64,000 bases of DNA from an uncultured Clostridia bacterium. GTDB taxonomy: Bacteria > Bacillota > Clostridia > Christensenellales > UBA1242. The notes below the pieces were generated by a model. That model was given only the letters and a program-made list of their open reading frames with translations, was not told the DNA's origin and did no database searches. Numbering within the stretch: the stretch's first letter is position 1; each line of letters opens with the position of its first letter. Positions 10,566 through 18,876 of the stretch are shown here, in pieces. The position numbers and the translations under genes were made by a program. Where the stretch lies: assembly GCA_934747255.1 (NCBI GenBank), contig CAKVGH010000001.1, positions 18,023 through 82,022 on the forward strand. The letters run 5' to 3'.

Positions 10566-11840
10566 TTATTGGTTTTTTCGCAATTTTTTTAACATTCTTT
10601 GATATTTTTTAATTTTTGTTATCAATTCTTCTTCAGTAATATTTTCCGATTCTGGTAAAATTTCTTGATTAATATTGTATGTTTGATTGATAAACGAAAA
10701 AGCATTTGAAACCATTTTAGCACTATTTATTTTGCTCTTAAAATCAAGATGCGAATATATATTTGCCGTAGTCGAAAAATTTGAATGTCCTAACCATTCT
10801 TGAATTTGCTTCATTGACACATTTTGTGCCACCATTATACTAGCGCAACTGTGTCTTAAATCATGAAATCGTATATGCTTCAAATTATACTTTTTTTGTA
10901 TATCGTTAAATCCATGTGTCAACCTGCTTGGCGTAATTAAATTGCCCATATTGTCCACACACACATACTCATTGTCAAAATTGTTATACTCATTTCCAAG
11001 CATTTTTTTGTTCCGCTCTATCTCTTGTTGTTTTTCTCTTAATATTGCATCAACCTGCGTAGTCAAAGGCAGTTCTCTATTACTCGATTTTGTTTTGAGA
11101 GTGTTTGATTTGTACAAAACATATTTTCCATTTATTTTTACTTGAATCACTTTATGTTCTATTGCTATTTTTTTATTTTCAAAATCTATCGCACTCCACT
11201 TTAACCCTAAAACTTCACTTCTCCTTAAACCATAAATAGCCGAGAGCATTATCGGCAACTTTAATTCTTCATTTTTTATTAAGTTAAACAAATCTTTCAT
11301 TTCATTTACATTATAGAACTGTCTTTTGATTAGGTTTTCCTTTGGCTTTTCAACTTTATTTATTGGGTTATAAACTAGCCAATCATTTTTAACTGCGTAC
11401 TCAACACATTGATGCAATGTAACATGAATATGTCTTATCGTATTTTTACAAATACCTTCTTGCAATAAATATGAATAAAAACTTTCTATATCAATAGGCA
11501 TAAGCGCTCCCAATGCAACACCTTTTTGTTTGAAGTAAGTAAAAATTTTTTTACCGTACTTTTGATAATTTTCAAAGGTCGATGGTTCTATTTTCATTTT
11601 CTTAATTCCCAACCAAATCATGTAATAATCTCCAAAATTTTCTCCCGCCATTTTGCTATAATTTTTGTTGGAATAATTAGAATTTAATATTAAAATTTCT
11701 TCCAATTTTTGTTTTAATATATGTTCTTCCGTACCTTCTTTTAGGTGCGTGCTTACCCACTTTTGTTTTTTTCTACCGTTTTCTAAAACTGTAAACACGG
11801 CATAGTATGTGCCATTCTTTTTTTGCAAACTACCTTTCAT
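10566..11840 (-). CDS. tyrosine site-specific recombinase (phage-integrase family)
   Basis: C-terminal catalytic block HDLRHSCASIMV...WLGHSNFSTTANIYSHL (R, HxxR, Y); N-terminal KKNGTYYAVF arm-type/SAM-like region. Start refined to MKGSLQKK (GGAGAG RBS). Confidence 0.85.
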   Translation of the reverse strand: MKGSLQKKNGTYYAVFTVLENGRKKQKWVSTHLKEGTEEHILKQKLEEILILNSNYSNKNYSKMAGENFGDYYMIWLGIKKMKIEPSTFENYQKYGKKIFTYFKQKGVALGALMPIDIESFYSYLLQEGICKNTIRHIHVTLHQCVEYAVKNDWLVYNPINKVEKPKENLIKRQFYNVNEMKDLFNLIKNEELKLPIMLSAIYGLRRSEVLGLKWSAIDFENKKIAIEHKVIQVKINGKYVLYKSNTLKTKSSNRELPLTTQVDAILREKQQEIERNKKMLGNEYNNFDNEYVCVDNMGNLITPSRLTHGFNDIQKKYNLKHIRFHDLRHSCASIMVAQNVSMKQIQEWLGHSNFSTTANIYSHLDFKSKINSAKMVSNAFSFINQTYNINQEILPESENITEEELITKIKKYQRMLKKLRKNQ

Positions 11841-11853
11841 CACTACTCTCCAT

Positions 11854-12054
11854 TTACTTTTTTTGATTATTAAAATACTCAAACACATCTTGTTTTGAAA
11901 TAAACATTTTATTTCCACAAAACATTGTTTTGAATTTTTGCTTTTTAATAAAATAGTATGCTTGACTTTTCGTCAGCCCAAAAAGTTCTTGAATGTGCCA
12001 TATTCTTAAAACATCTAAATTTTCAATTATTTCAAAATAATTCATTGATTTCAC
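11854..12054 (-). CDS. excisionase-like / MerR-type HTH DNA-binding protein
   Basis: 66 aa; the ELFGLTKSQAYYFIKK HTH resembles the excisionase-family DNA-binding domain; lies immediately upstream of, and coupled to, the integrase. Confidence 0.55.
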   Translation of the reverse strand: MKSMNYFEIIENLDVLRIWHIQELFGLTKSQAYYFIKKQKFKTMFCGNKMFISKQDVFEYFNNQKK

Positions 12055-12262
12055 CTCCCCCTAAACAAAATTTTACTTCTTTTATAAAATTTTCTTTAGT
12101 GCTTAAAACAGTTTTTAATACTCAAAATGATTATTATAAACCTACTGAAATTCAACACAAATTTCAAATCAAAAAATTCAATGACTTTTTTAGAAAATTA
12201 GAAAAAAATTAGATAAAACACATAAAAAACTCACTATTTTCTGTATTTTTTAACATTTCACC

Positions 12263-12289
12263 AAAGTTTGACAGCAACAGGCGCTTGGT
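12263..12289 (+). repeat. 27-bp inverted-repeat arm A (AAAGTTTGACAGCAACAGGCGCTTGGT), candidate recombination site
   Basis: Perfect reverse complement of 13718..13744. Flanks on both sides are unrelated. Confidence 0.9.
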
Positions 12290-12849
12290 TCACAAGTTCA
12301 AAAGCAGGAACATCTCAAAATATTGATGGTACATTTGGTACAATCAGTATCAATTATGCTGATGGAGAAGCTGCAGCTTGGTCAGCTCTTGATGTAACTG
12401 GCGGAAATGAAAAAGTAATGCCTGGTTCAAGCATTCAACTTAATGGTGGTACAGTTACAAATTCTAGTAATGTTGCTTCTTACATTAAAGTAAGCATTGT
12501 AAATCTAGTTGTAAAAATTGATGATACTGAATTAACTGAAGCTCAAATCAAAGGTTTATTTGGTGTTACTGAAGTTCCTGCATTTGCAGTAACAGCTGGT
12601 GATGGCGTTGAAGCAACATCAAAAGACGGTATTTACAAAGCTAACGCTGGTAAAACTGTTACTTTGAATAATATTAACTTGACTATCGCTAAAGCAGTTA
12701 AAAATGGTACTGCTTTGTCTGCAGATGGTTTAACAGTTAAAGATGGTTCAGTAATTAACTTTACATTCCAAATCAAAGTAGCTGCAGTTCAAGCTGATTA
12801 CATTACTCTTGACGAAGCAGAAACTGTACTTAATGGTTTATTTGCTTAA
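12268..12849 (+). CDS. TasA/camelysin-like fibre subunit body (T1) lacking start context and signal peptide; possible silent cassette
   Basis: Begins at LTATGAWFTSS, the motif that follows the signal peptide in the intact paralogs. The upstream frame has no ATG/GTG/TTG after a TAA and no RBS. Family motifs VMPGSS and VAAVQADYIT. Confidence 0.5.
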   Translation: MTATGAWFTSSKAGTSQNIDGTFGTISINYADGEAAAWSALDVTGGNEKVMPGSSIQLNGGTVTNSSNVASYIKVSIVNLVVKIDDTELTEAQIKGLFGVTEVPAFAVTAGDGVEATSKDGIYKANAGKTVTLNNINLTIAKAVKNGTALSADGLTVKDGSVINFTFQIKVAAVQADYITLDEAETVLNGLFA

Positions 12850-12860
12850 TAGAACATTGT

Positions 12861-12889
12861 AAAAGAACGGTTTAATTCCGTTCTTTTTG
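12861..12889 (+). terminator. terminator after T1 (AGAACGG-tttaatt-CCGTTCT + T-run)
   Basis: Hairpin plus T-run. Near-identical copy at 13137..13165. Confidence 0.7.
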
Positions 12890-12916
12890 TGTTTTTAATA
12901 AGGAAAAGGAGAAAGT

Positions 12917-13150
12917 ATGTTTCAAAAATACAAAGACATAAACGGTGATTCAAATGTTGTTGGATACGAAATTTTAACTGACGGAATAATTATAGAGTTT
13001 GGTGGACATTGGCGTTATTATTATAATTATTCTAGTGCAGGAAAGACTAACATTGAAATTATGAAGCGATTAGCACAACAAGGTGATGGTCTAAACTCTT
13101 TTGTAAAAAGAACAAACCTACCTTATGTATGGAAAAAAAGAACGGGTTAA
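12917..13150 (+). CDS. KTSC-domain-like small protein
   Basis: 77 aa. The VVGYEILTDGIIIEFGGHWRYYYNYSSAG...MKRLAQQGDGLNSFV pattern fits the KTSC fold. Strong AAGGAGAAAGT-ATG RBS. Confidence 0.45.
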   Translation: MFQKYKDINGDSNVVGYEILTDGIIIEFGGHWRYYYNYSSAGKTNIEIMKRLAQQGDGLNSFVKRTNLPYVWKKRTG

Positions 13151-13165
13151 TTCCGTTCTTTTTTT
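13137..13165. terminator. bidirectional terminator between the KTSC gene and T2
   Basis: A-run, then AGAACGG-gttaatt-CCGTTCT, then T-run. Overlaps the KTSC stop codon. Confidence 0.7.
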
Positions 13166-13187
13166 AACTTAATTATTGTATAATCAA

Positions 13188-13754
13188 TTAAGCTGCTTTT
13201 TGAAGATTAAGTGCTGCTGCAGCGGCTGCTTCATCAGCAATGTTTTCAGCTTGGATTGCTTTAACAGAGTAAGCACCAATTGTGAAACTAGCAACTGTTT
13301 GAACTGTTGTTGAATATTCAAGGCTTGTGTTAACTTGATAGAAACCCTCTCCATCTTTTGCACCAATACCAGTACCAGTAACTGCTAAATCAATTACATC
13401 AAATTCAGCTTCAGTTGATCCATTTGTAAGTTTTCTCATTTGAACATATTTTCCGTCAGCATTTACAAGGAATACATAAGCGTCAACAGATGCAATGCTT
13501 TCATCGGCTCCTTTCAATGTTGCTGTAACTTTGAATGTTGTACCATCTGCCTTAATGTAGTCACCAGGCATAACTTCATCATTAGCTACAGTTGTTGTTT
13601 TGTCGCTACGATATGCTTGAATTGTACCAGCTGTTGCCTCCAAACTAATGTCGATCCATCTATCTCTTAATGTAAATGAACCATTATTGTTGCCCTTAGC
13701 ATCGCCACTTGCTGTATACCAAGCGCCTGTTGCTGTCAAACTTTTATTTAACAT
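13188..13754 (-). CDS. TasA/camelysin-like fibre subunit body (T2) with only a 5-codon leader (MLNKS) and no RBS or signal peptide; possible silent cassette
   Basis: MLNKS-LTATGAWYTAS..., motifs VMPGDYIKA and VKAIQAENIADEAA. No Shine-Dalgarno before the ATG. Confidence 0.5.
   Translation of the reverse strand: MLNKSLTATGAWYTASGDAKGNNNGSFTLRDRWIDISLEATAGTIQAYRSDKTTTVANDEVMPGDYIKADGTTFKVTATLKGADESIASVDAYVFLVNADGKYVQMRKLTNGSTEAEFDVIDLAVTGTGIGAKDGEGFYQVNTSLEYSTTVQTVASFTIGAYSVKAIQAENIADEAAAAAALNLQKAA
13718..13744 (-). repeat. 27-bp inverted-repeat arm B
   Basis: Plus strand reads ACCAAGCGCCTGTTGCTGTCAAACTTT, the exact reverse complement of 12263..12289. Confidence 0.9.
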
Positions 13755-13893
13755 TGTTTTAATAGATTTTTTTGCAAATTTGAAAGGCTTATATTTTATA
13801 TATCTTATTACTAAAATAAACTCTTTTTATTGGCACTAATTCTTGTATATATAATACTAGTGTGTTAAAATTCGGGCAACTAGGAGTTATTTT

Positions 13894-15402
13894 ATGGAAA
13901 ATTTAAGTGACAAAAAAATTTTGAGAATGTTTGAAGATAATTCAAATGAAATTGAAAGATTGAGAGAACGAAATAAGACAAATTTGGCAAATATTCAAGA
14001 AGCGATTTCTGAATTACAAGGTTCAACAGTCGATCCCGAGCAGGTGGAGCAACTAGAACAAGATGTCGATTCATTGGAAGAAAGTGTCAACAAAATCAAA
14101 CAACAAATTAGTATACTTCAAGGCGAAGTAGACCCAACTTATAGCGGTAAAACTTACAGTGATTATCCTGCAGGTACAATATTGCAAACTTACGATAAAT
14201 TGGAAAGACAACTTGATATGAATAGTTCCACAGTGCTTACAAGTCCTAAAATTTATTTCTGTACCGAAGCGGGTTCAACTGGAAAAATTAGATTATACAC
14301 AAAATTTAAGCAAACCGTCACAGCCACAAGTGTGTTAATGAAAGTATATCTTAATGGGACGAAGATTGCAGAAGAAACATTTGAAATCATAATGGCAAAC
14401 AATGATGTGCATATTTTAAGAAATTATTTCGACCTAAATTTTAATGCAGACAGCAAAAGTAACTATTTTTACATAACACTAGAAAGTGAAGGAAGTGCAA
14501 ATAGTAATAATATCAATCTTAATGCTTTAACTTTGGAGTTATTTGCCCCAAATGCCGACATTATCACTCGTCCTTGTCCATTTGATGCAGTCTATGCTAA
14601 CGGTAAATATTACCTAACAAACTGCATTGATGGAACCGTAAAAACTGCCGTAATTGATGAAGAAAGTTTTACAAAGGTGGAAGATATTGCTTGGACAAGC
14701 ACAAATATAGTTGCTGAAGAATGTAAAACCACTTTTTCGATGACGATTTTCAATGAAACCTACAAGCCACTTGACCCTTACTATGTGAAACATAAAAATG
14801 ACAAATATTATTTTGGAACACTCGAAAATAATATTGAGTCGTGCGAAATGACTATGGTAATGAATGCGGACCCTGTTTTTTACTCAAACGCAAATCCACA
14901 TTTTATTGTTGCGAGATTTAACAATACATATATGACTCGTGGATATTATAATTTAGCAAATAGCACAAATCAAATGGGGTTTGCTACAGGCGGTAATGTT
15001 GGTAAATTATATATAAGAGTTGGTGGGTTAAAATACAACAACATCAATTATACTACAAAAATGACGCTAGCAAGTGCTATTATTACCGCTGATGGCGAAG
15101 TTCAATTTAGACCAGCACACACAGGTAGTAACAACTTTATTAGTCTTGGCTATGGTAGTGATGTTAGTGTGATTTTAACTTCTTTTACCAACTCAAGCAT
15201 TTTCTCTGTTGCGGTTTTTGTAAAAAGGTTTGATAAAATTATTAGATATGACATAAATGTACAGTATTCGACATACACCATAACAAAAACAACAGAAATC
15301 GGTTCTTACGAAAAAGTATTCTTTATGCCTAATAATGCTTATTTTGCCATAAAAAATAACCAACTATGTTACTACAAAATTCCACTAGAAGCCCGAGAGT
15401 AA
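13894..15402 (+). CDS. coiled-coil stalk + conserved beta-rich head protein (CC1), no signal peptide; paralog of 16644..18818
   Basis: N-terminal heptad region of about 85 aa. Blocks shared with CC2: KTYSDYPAGTILQ, LELFAPNADII, YYLTNCIDGTVKTA, TTEIGSYEKVF. GGAG RBS. Confidence 0.6.
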   Translation: MENLSDKKILRMFEDNSNEIERLRERNKTNLANIQEAISELQGSTVDPEQVEQLEQDVDSLEESVNKIKQQISILQGEVDPTYSGKTYSDYPAGTILQTYDKLERQLDMNSSTVLTSPKIYFCTEAGSTGKIRLYTKFKQTVTATSVLMKVYLNGTKIAEETFEIIMANNDVHILRNYFDLNFNADSKSNYFYITLESEGSANSNNINLNALTLELFAPNADIITRPCPFDAVYANGKYYLTNCIDGTVKTAVIDEESFTKVEDIAWTSTNIVAEECKTTFSMTIFNETYKPLDPYYVKHKNDKYYFGTLENNIESCEMTMVMNADPVFYSNANPHFIVARFNNTYMTRGYYNLANSTNQMGFATGGNVGKLYIRVGGLKYNNINYTTKMTLASAIITADGEVQFRPAHTGSNNFISLGYGSDVSVILTSFTNSSIFSVAVFVKRFDKIIRYDINVQYSTYTITKTTEIGSYEKVFFMPNNAYFAIKNNQLCYYKIPLEARE

Positions 15403-15409
15403 ATATATC

Positions 15410-15443
15410 AAAAACCCTAGCATAATTTTTGCTAGGTTTTTTT
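15410..15443. terminator. terminator between CC1 and T3
   Basis: A-run, CCTAGC-loop-GCTAGG, then TTTTTTT. Confidence 0.7.
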
Positions 15444-15493
15444 AATGATTTTCAATTTTTATAAACAACTTAATATTCCAAGTGAATTTAATT

Positions 15494-16189
15494 TTACATA
15501 CTATCAAGCAATGTTTTTAATTCAGTAAAGGCTTGTGTTGCATTAATGTTGTAATATTGAATAACTGCCACCTTGTATGTATTGCCATTTGAACCGATTG
15601 TGATTAAACCATATTTAGCGCCAAGGGCAGTCAACTTTTTGCCTTGAGCAGAGTTTCCAATGCTACTAGAAGATGTTGACCCATCTAGGCTGTATGTAGT
15701 GCCGTCCACTTGAACTGTTACGACTTCGCCTTTGATAGTTAAAGCATTGGCAGAGCCTTGTTGAATCATTTGTGCTTGTTTGGTTGTTGTCACTTCCGAC
15801 AATGCGCCGTTGGAAACTACATAGTATTTATTTGTAGAATCTAATTTAATCAAATACCAAACCTTGTCCGTATCGGCTGTGCCATCAGCATCATAAGTGA
15901 TTTTAATAGAACTGCTTGTAACTTTGTCGCCCGGCATAATTATGCCCGTACCACCCTTTCGGTCAGTAATAGCTTTGCCATTGGCATCTACATGTTGATA
16001 GCCACCAACATCTATCGCAACTTTACCAAATGTTGCGAACCTAAATTCAGTGGAAGAACCAGGAGTCGATGCACTACTGCTCGAAGTAAACCAAGCACCA
16101 GTGGTGGTTAAAATAACACTCGCTAAAAACAACAATGCAACGCAAAGTATCAAAAAAGATTTATTTGCTTTTGACTTTGATGTTCTCAT
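15494..16189 (-). CDS. TasA/camelysin-like secreted fibre subunit (T3), intact signal peptide
   Basis: MRTSKSKANKSFLILCVALLFLASVILTTTGAWFTSSSS (SipW-type signal pattern), IIMPGDKV, VAVIQYYNI. Start refined to the ATG after AAGGAGAG. Confidence 0.6.
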   Translation of the reverse strand: MRTSKSKANKSFLILCVALLFLASVILTTTGAWFTSSSSASTPGSSTEFRFATFGKVAIDVGGYQHVDANGKAITDRKGGTGIIMPGDKVTSSSIKITYDADGTADTDKVWYLIKLDSTNKYYVVSNGALSEVTTTKQAQMIQQGSANALTIKGEVVTVQVDGTTYSLDGSTSSSSIGNSAQGKKLTALGAKYGLITIGSNGNTYKVAVIQYYNINATQAFTELKTLLDSM

Positions 16190-16643
16190 CTGCTCTCCTT
16201 TTTGGTTCAAGCCCAATTCCATTTGTAAATATTATATATAATATTTATTTGTTTGTAAAACAAAAATAGCCCTAAATTAAAATTTGTAAACCATTTTTTT
16301 AGTTAAATTTTACTAAATTTTTGAAACAAAAAACAGTACCATCATTTGAATACACTTGATTTTTTTTATAAAAATACAAAGTTGTCTAATATCACACGCA
16401 TAGCATTTAATAATAGTTGTATATTTATAATATAAGTGAAACACTGTATCATTTTTCACAAACCTAGTTAATTAGATTTATTAAGGATTTTTTCTTAAAA
16501 CTTTTATTCTGCTGATAGAACTTATTGTAAAAATGTTGAAATTTGCTATTTATTGAAAGTTAGTATCAATAAAAATTTTGGCACAGATTATTGAAATTCT
16601 CGGTTTTTTATGCTTAAAATGTTAAAAATTTTAGGAGAAAATT

Positions 16644-18818
16644 ATGGAAGAAACAAAACTACAACGAATTTTAATGGAACTGCGAACCGACCTTGATATG
16701 CTACTTGAAAGGTATTACAGCGGAGCAACTAAGGAGATGCAAGAGAAATTGAGTAGTCTTTCCACATTGGTTACAGAACTTCAAACAAAAGTCGACACTC
16801 TTGATAGCGACAACACCACGAACAAAACCGATATAGAAAGCATTAAGGCAGATATAGTAAATATTAAGTCGCAGTGCGAAGAATTTACCACCAATATAAC
16901 AAATCTTCAATCATCAGTAACGCAAAATACAAGCGATATTGCCGATTTAACAACTAGGGTAACCACCGCCGAAACCGACATTGACGACCTGCAAACACTC
17001 ACTGCTTCGCACACCGAAACTCTTAATGACCATTGGGACAAAATGATGATTCTATTAGCAGAAGAAATAAGTATGACAACAAAAATGTCAAACGCCGAAG
17101 AACGAATTACTGCACTAGAAAATAGTTCCGCAACTGGCAATCCGGAAATCAGCAAAGCAGATATAACAGCCCTGCAAACACAGGTTGATGCACTTGAAAC
17201 CGAAGTCGATAGCCTATCAACCAAGGTTACCACAAACACGACTAACATTGCCGATTTGACCAGCAAAGTTAATACTAATACAACTAATATTGCCACCAAC
17301 ACCGCCGACATTGCCACACTAAAAACAACCACCGAAAATATCACATCAACTGTGAGTGAACTGCAAACAACTGTTGCAACTAACACACAAAATATCAGCA
17401 ATTTGCAATCAACGATTAGCACAAACACAACAAATATTCAAACCAACGCTGATAACATTAGTACATTGCAATCGCAGGTTAATACCAACACTGAAAATAT
17501 CGCAACAACCACCGCAAACATTGCTACTAACACAGCAAATATAGCAACAAATACGACCAATATTGCAACTCTTATGGCTTTTAGAGACAGTTTACTTACA
17601 CCAACAGACCCATTTTACAACCCAAAAACTTTTAGCGATTATCCAGCAGGTACAATTTTGCAAGGCTATGCAAAGTATAGTAGAAAATATCATTTAGTAA
17701 TGAATACTCTAAAGACTCCAACTGTCTTATTTACTGCAGAACTGGGTTCAAGTGGTAAAATATTTTTTAGAATAAAATTTTCATCAACTATAACATTCAA
17801 TGGCACTATTAACTTGTACCAAAATGGCAATTTAGTTTATCAAGAACAATACTCATTTAATAACACTAGTAAAGAATTCGATTTAGAAAGAACTGTCAAC
17901 GGTTTAACATTACAACAATCGAATTTATTTTACTTGCAAATAAACTCAAATAATACTCTTCAATATACATTAACATTCTATGAGTTACAATTGCTTGCTC
18001 CCAATGCAGAAATTGTTAATTCAATTTCACCTTTTAATGTTGAGTACTTTGAAAACAAATATTACATTAGCGATTGTAGTAGTGGAATAGCAAAAATTGC
18101 CGAAATAAATGTTACTGATATGCATAATATGGATAATTTGAGTTGGACCAATACAGGAATTGAATGTTTAACATACAAAACAACATTTGATACTAAAAAA
18201 TTTGCAGATACTTACGCGCCAAATAAAAGAATCGACTATTATCAAAAAGCAGATACAAAAATATACTTTGAGAATAAGTTAAATAATGAAATATCAAATA
18301 CGCAAGAATTTTGTAACCTTGATTGGATTCCAGTCAATGAATCTACTACTTACTTTACAGCTATTTTTAAGAATAGTTTTGCACTGACAAATGCCACATA
18401 TTACTCGATGTTTAATTATGTAAATTCTACAAATAAACCATATTATTTTACAACAGGGGCTCGTTATTTACAACCTTATAATGATTTCGTTTCAAGGAGA
18501 TTTATTATATATACAAAAGAGACTGGAGAGAATTTCATAAAAAGACTAGATTCATACACTAATTTTTCTCTAAATATTGGCTTAGGAACAAATATTCATT
18601 TTTATTATAAATCATATAATGATGATATAATTTTATTTGATTGCTATATGAAATATTATGATAAAATAATTAAAAAAACAATCTCATTTACAAATACTAA
18701 TGGGTTTTCTATAACTTCTTCTACGGAAATAGGTGCTTATGAAGAATATTTTGAAGGTGCAAACAATGATTACTTTGTTGTTAGAGCAGGCAAACTAGAA
18801 TATCACAAAAAACAATAA
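16644..18818 (+). CDS. long trimeric-type coiled-coil stalk + conserved beta-rich head protein (CC2), no signal peptide
   Basis: About 300 aa of heptads including runs of TNTxNIA (the IxxNTxx pattern). The head is paralogous to CC1: KTFSDYPAGTILQ, LQLLAPNAEIV, YYISDCSSGIAKIA, STEIGAYEEYF. Confidence 0.6.
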   Translation: MEETKLQRILMELRTDLDMLLERYYSGATKEMQEKLSSLSTLVTELQTKVDTLDSDNTTNKTDIESIKADIVNIKSQCEEFTTNITNLQSSVTQNTSDIADLTTRVTTAETDIDDLQTLTASHTETLNDHWDKMMILLAEEISMTTKMSNAEERITALENSSATGNPEISKADITALQTQVDALETEVDSLSTKVTTNTTNIADLTSKVNTNTTNIATNTADIATLKTTTENITSTVSELQTTVATNTQNISNLQSTISTNTTNIQTNADNISTLQSQVNTNTENIATTTANIATNTANIATNTTNIATLMAFRDSLLTPTDPFYNPKTFSDYPAGTILQGYAKYSRKYHLVMNTLKTPTVLFTAELGSSGKIFFRIKFSSTITFNGTINLYQNGNLVYQEQYSFNNTSKEFDLERTVNGLTLQQSNLFYLQINSNNTLQYTLTFYELQLLAPNAEIVNSISPFNVEYFENKYYISDCSSGIAKIAEINVTDMHNMDNLSWTNTGIECLTYKTTFDTKKFADTYAPNKRIDYYQKADTKIYFENKLNNEISNTQEFCNLDWIPVNESTTYFTAIFKNSFALTNATYYSMFNYVNSTNKPYYFTTGARYLQPYNDFVSRRFIIYTKETGENFIKRLDSYTNFSLNIGLGTNIHFYYKSYNDDIILFDCYMKYYDKIIKKTISFTNTNGFSITSSTEIGAYEEYFEGANNDYFVVRAGKLEYHKKQ

Positions 18819-18821
18819 AAC

Positions 18822-18851
18822 AAAAAACAACTCATAAAGAGTTGTTTTTTT
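18822..18851. terminator. bidirectional terminator between CC2 and T4
   Basis: A-run, CAACTC-ataaa-GAGTTG, then TTTTTTT. Confidence 0.75.
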
Positions 18852-18876
18852 GTACATAATACTAATTACCTAATAA

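Larger units (their letters stand above)
9964..12054 (-). mobile_element. int-xis module next to tRNA-His (remnant of an integrative element, or the dedicated recombinase of the adjacent cassette locus)
   Basis: The gene order tRNA / small ORF / int / xis is typical of tRNA-targeted islands. I could not find a second copy of the tRNA 3' end (attR). Confidence 0.45.

Noticed and set aside
10289-10612. 107-aa plus-strand ORF between the 112-aa gene and the integrase.
   Set aside because: It is an AT-rich, F/L/I/N-dominated low-complexity translation with no RBS, overlapping the ends of both minus-strand genes. It is probably non-coding spacer.
16907-17428. 173-aa ORF antisense to CC2 (V/S/A-rich).
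   Set aside because: It is an artefact of the repetitive ACn/AAT heptad-coding DNA on the opposite strand. It has no RBS and the sense frame is far better supported.
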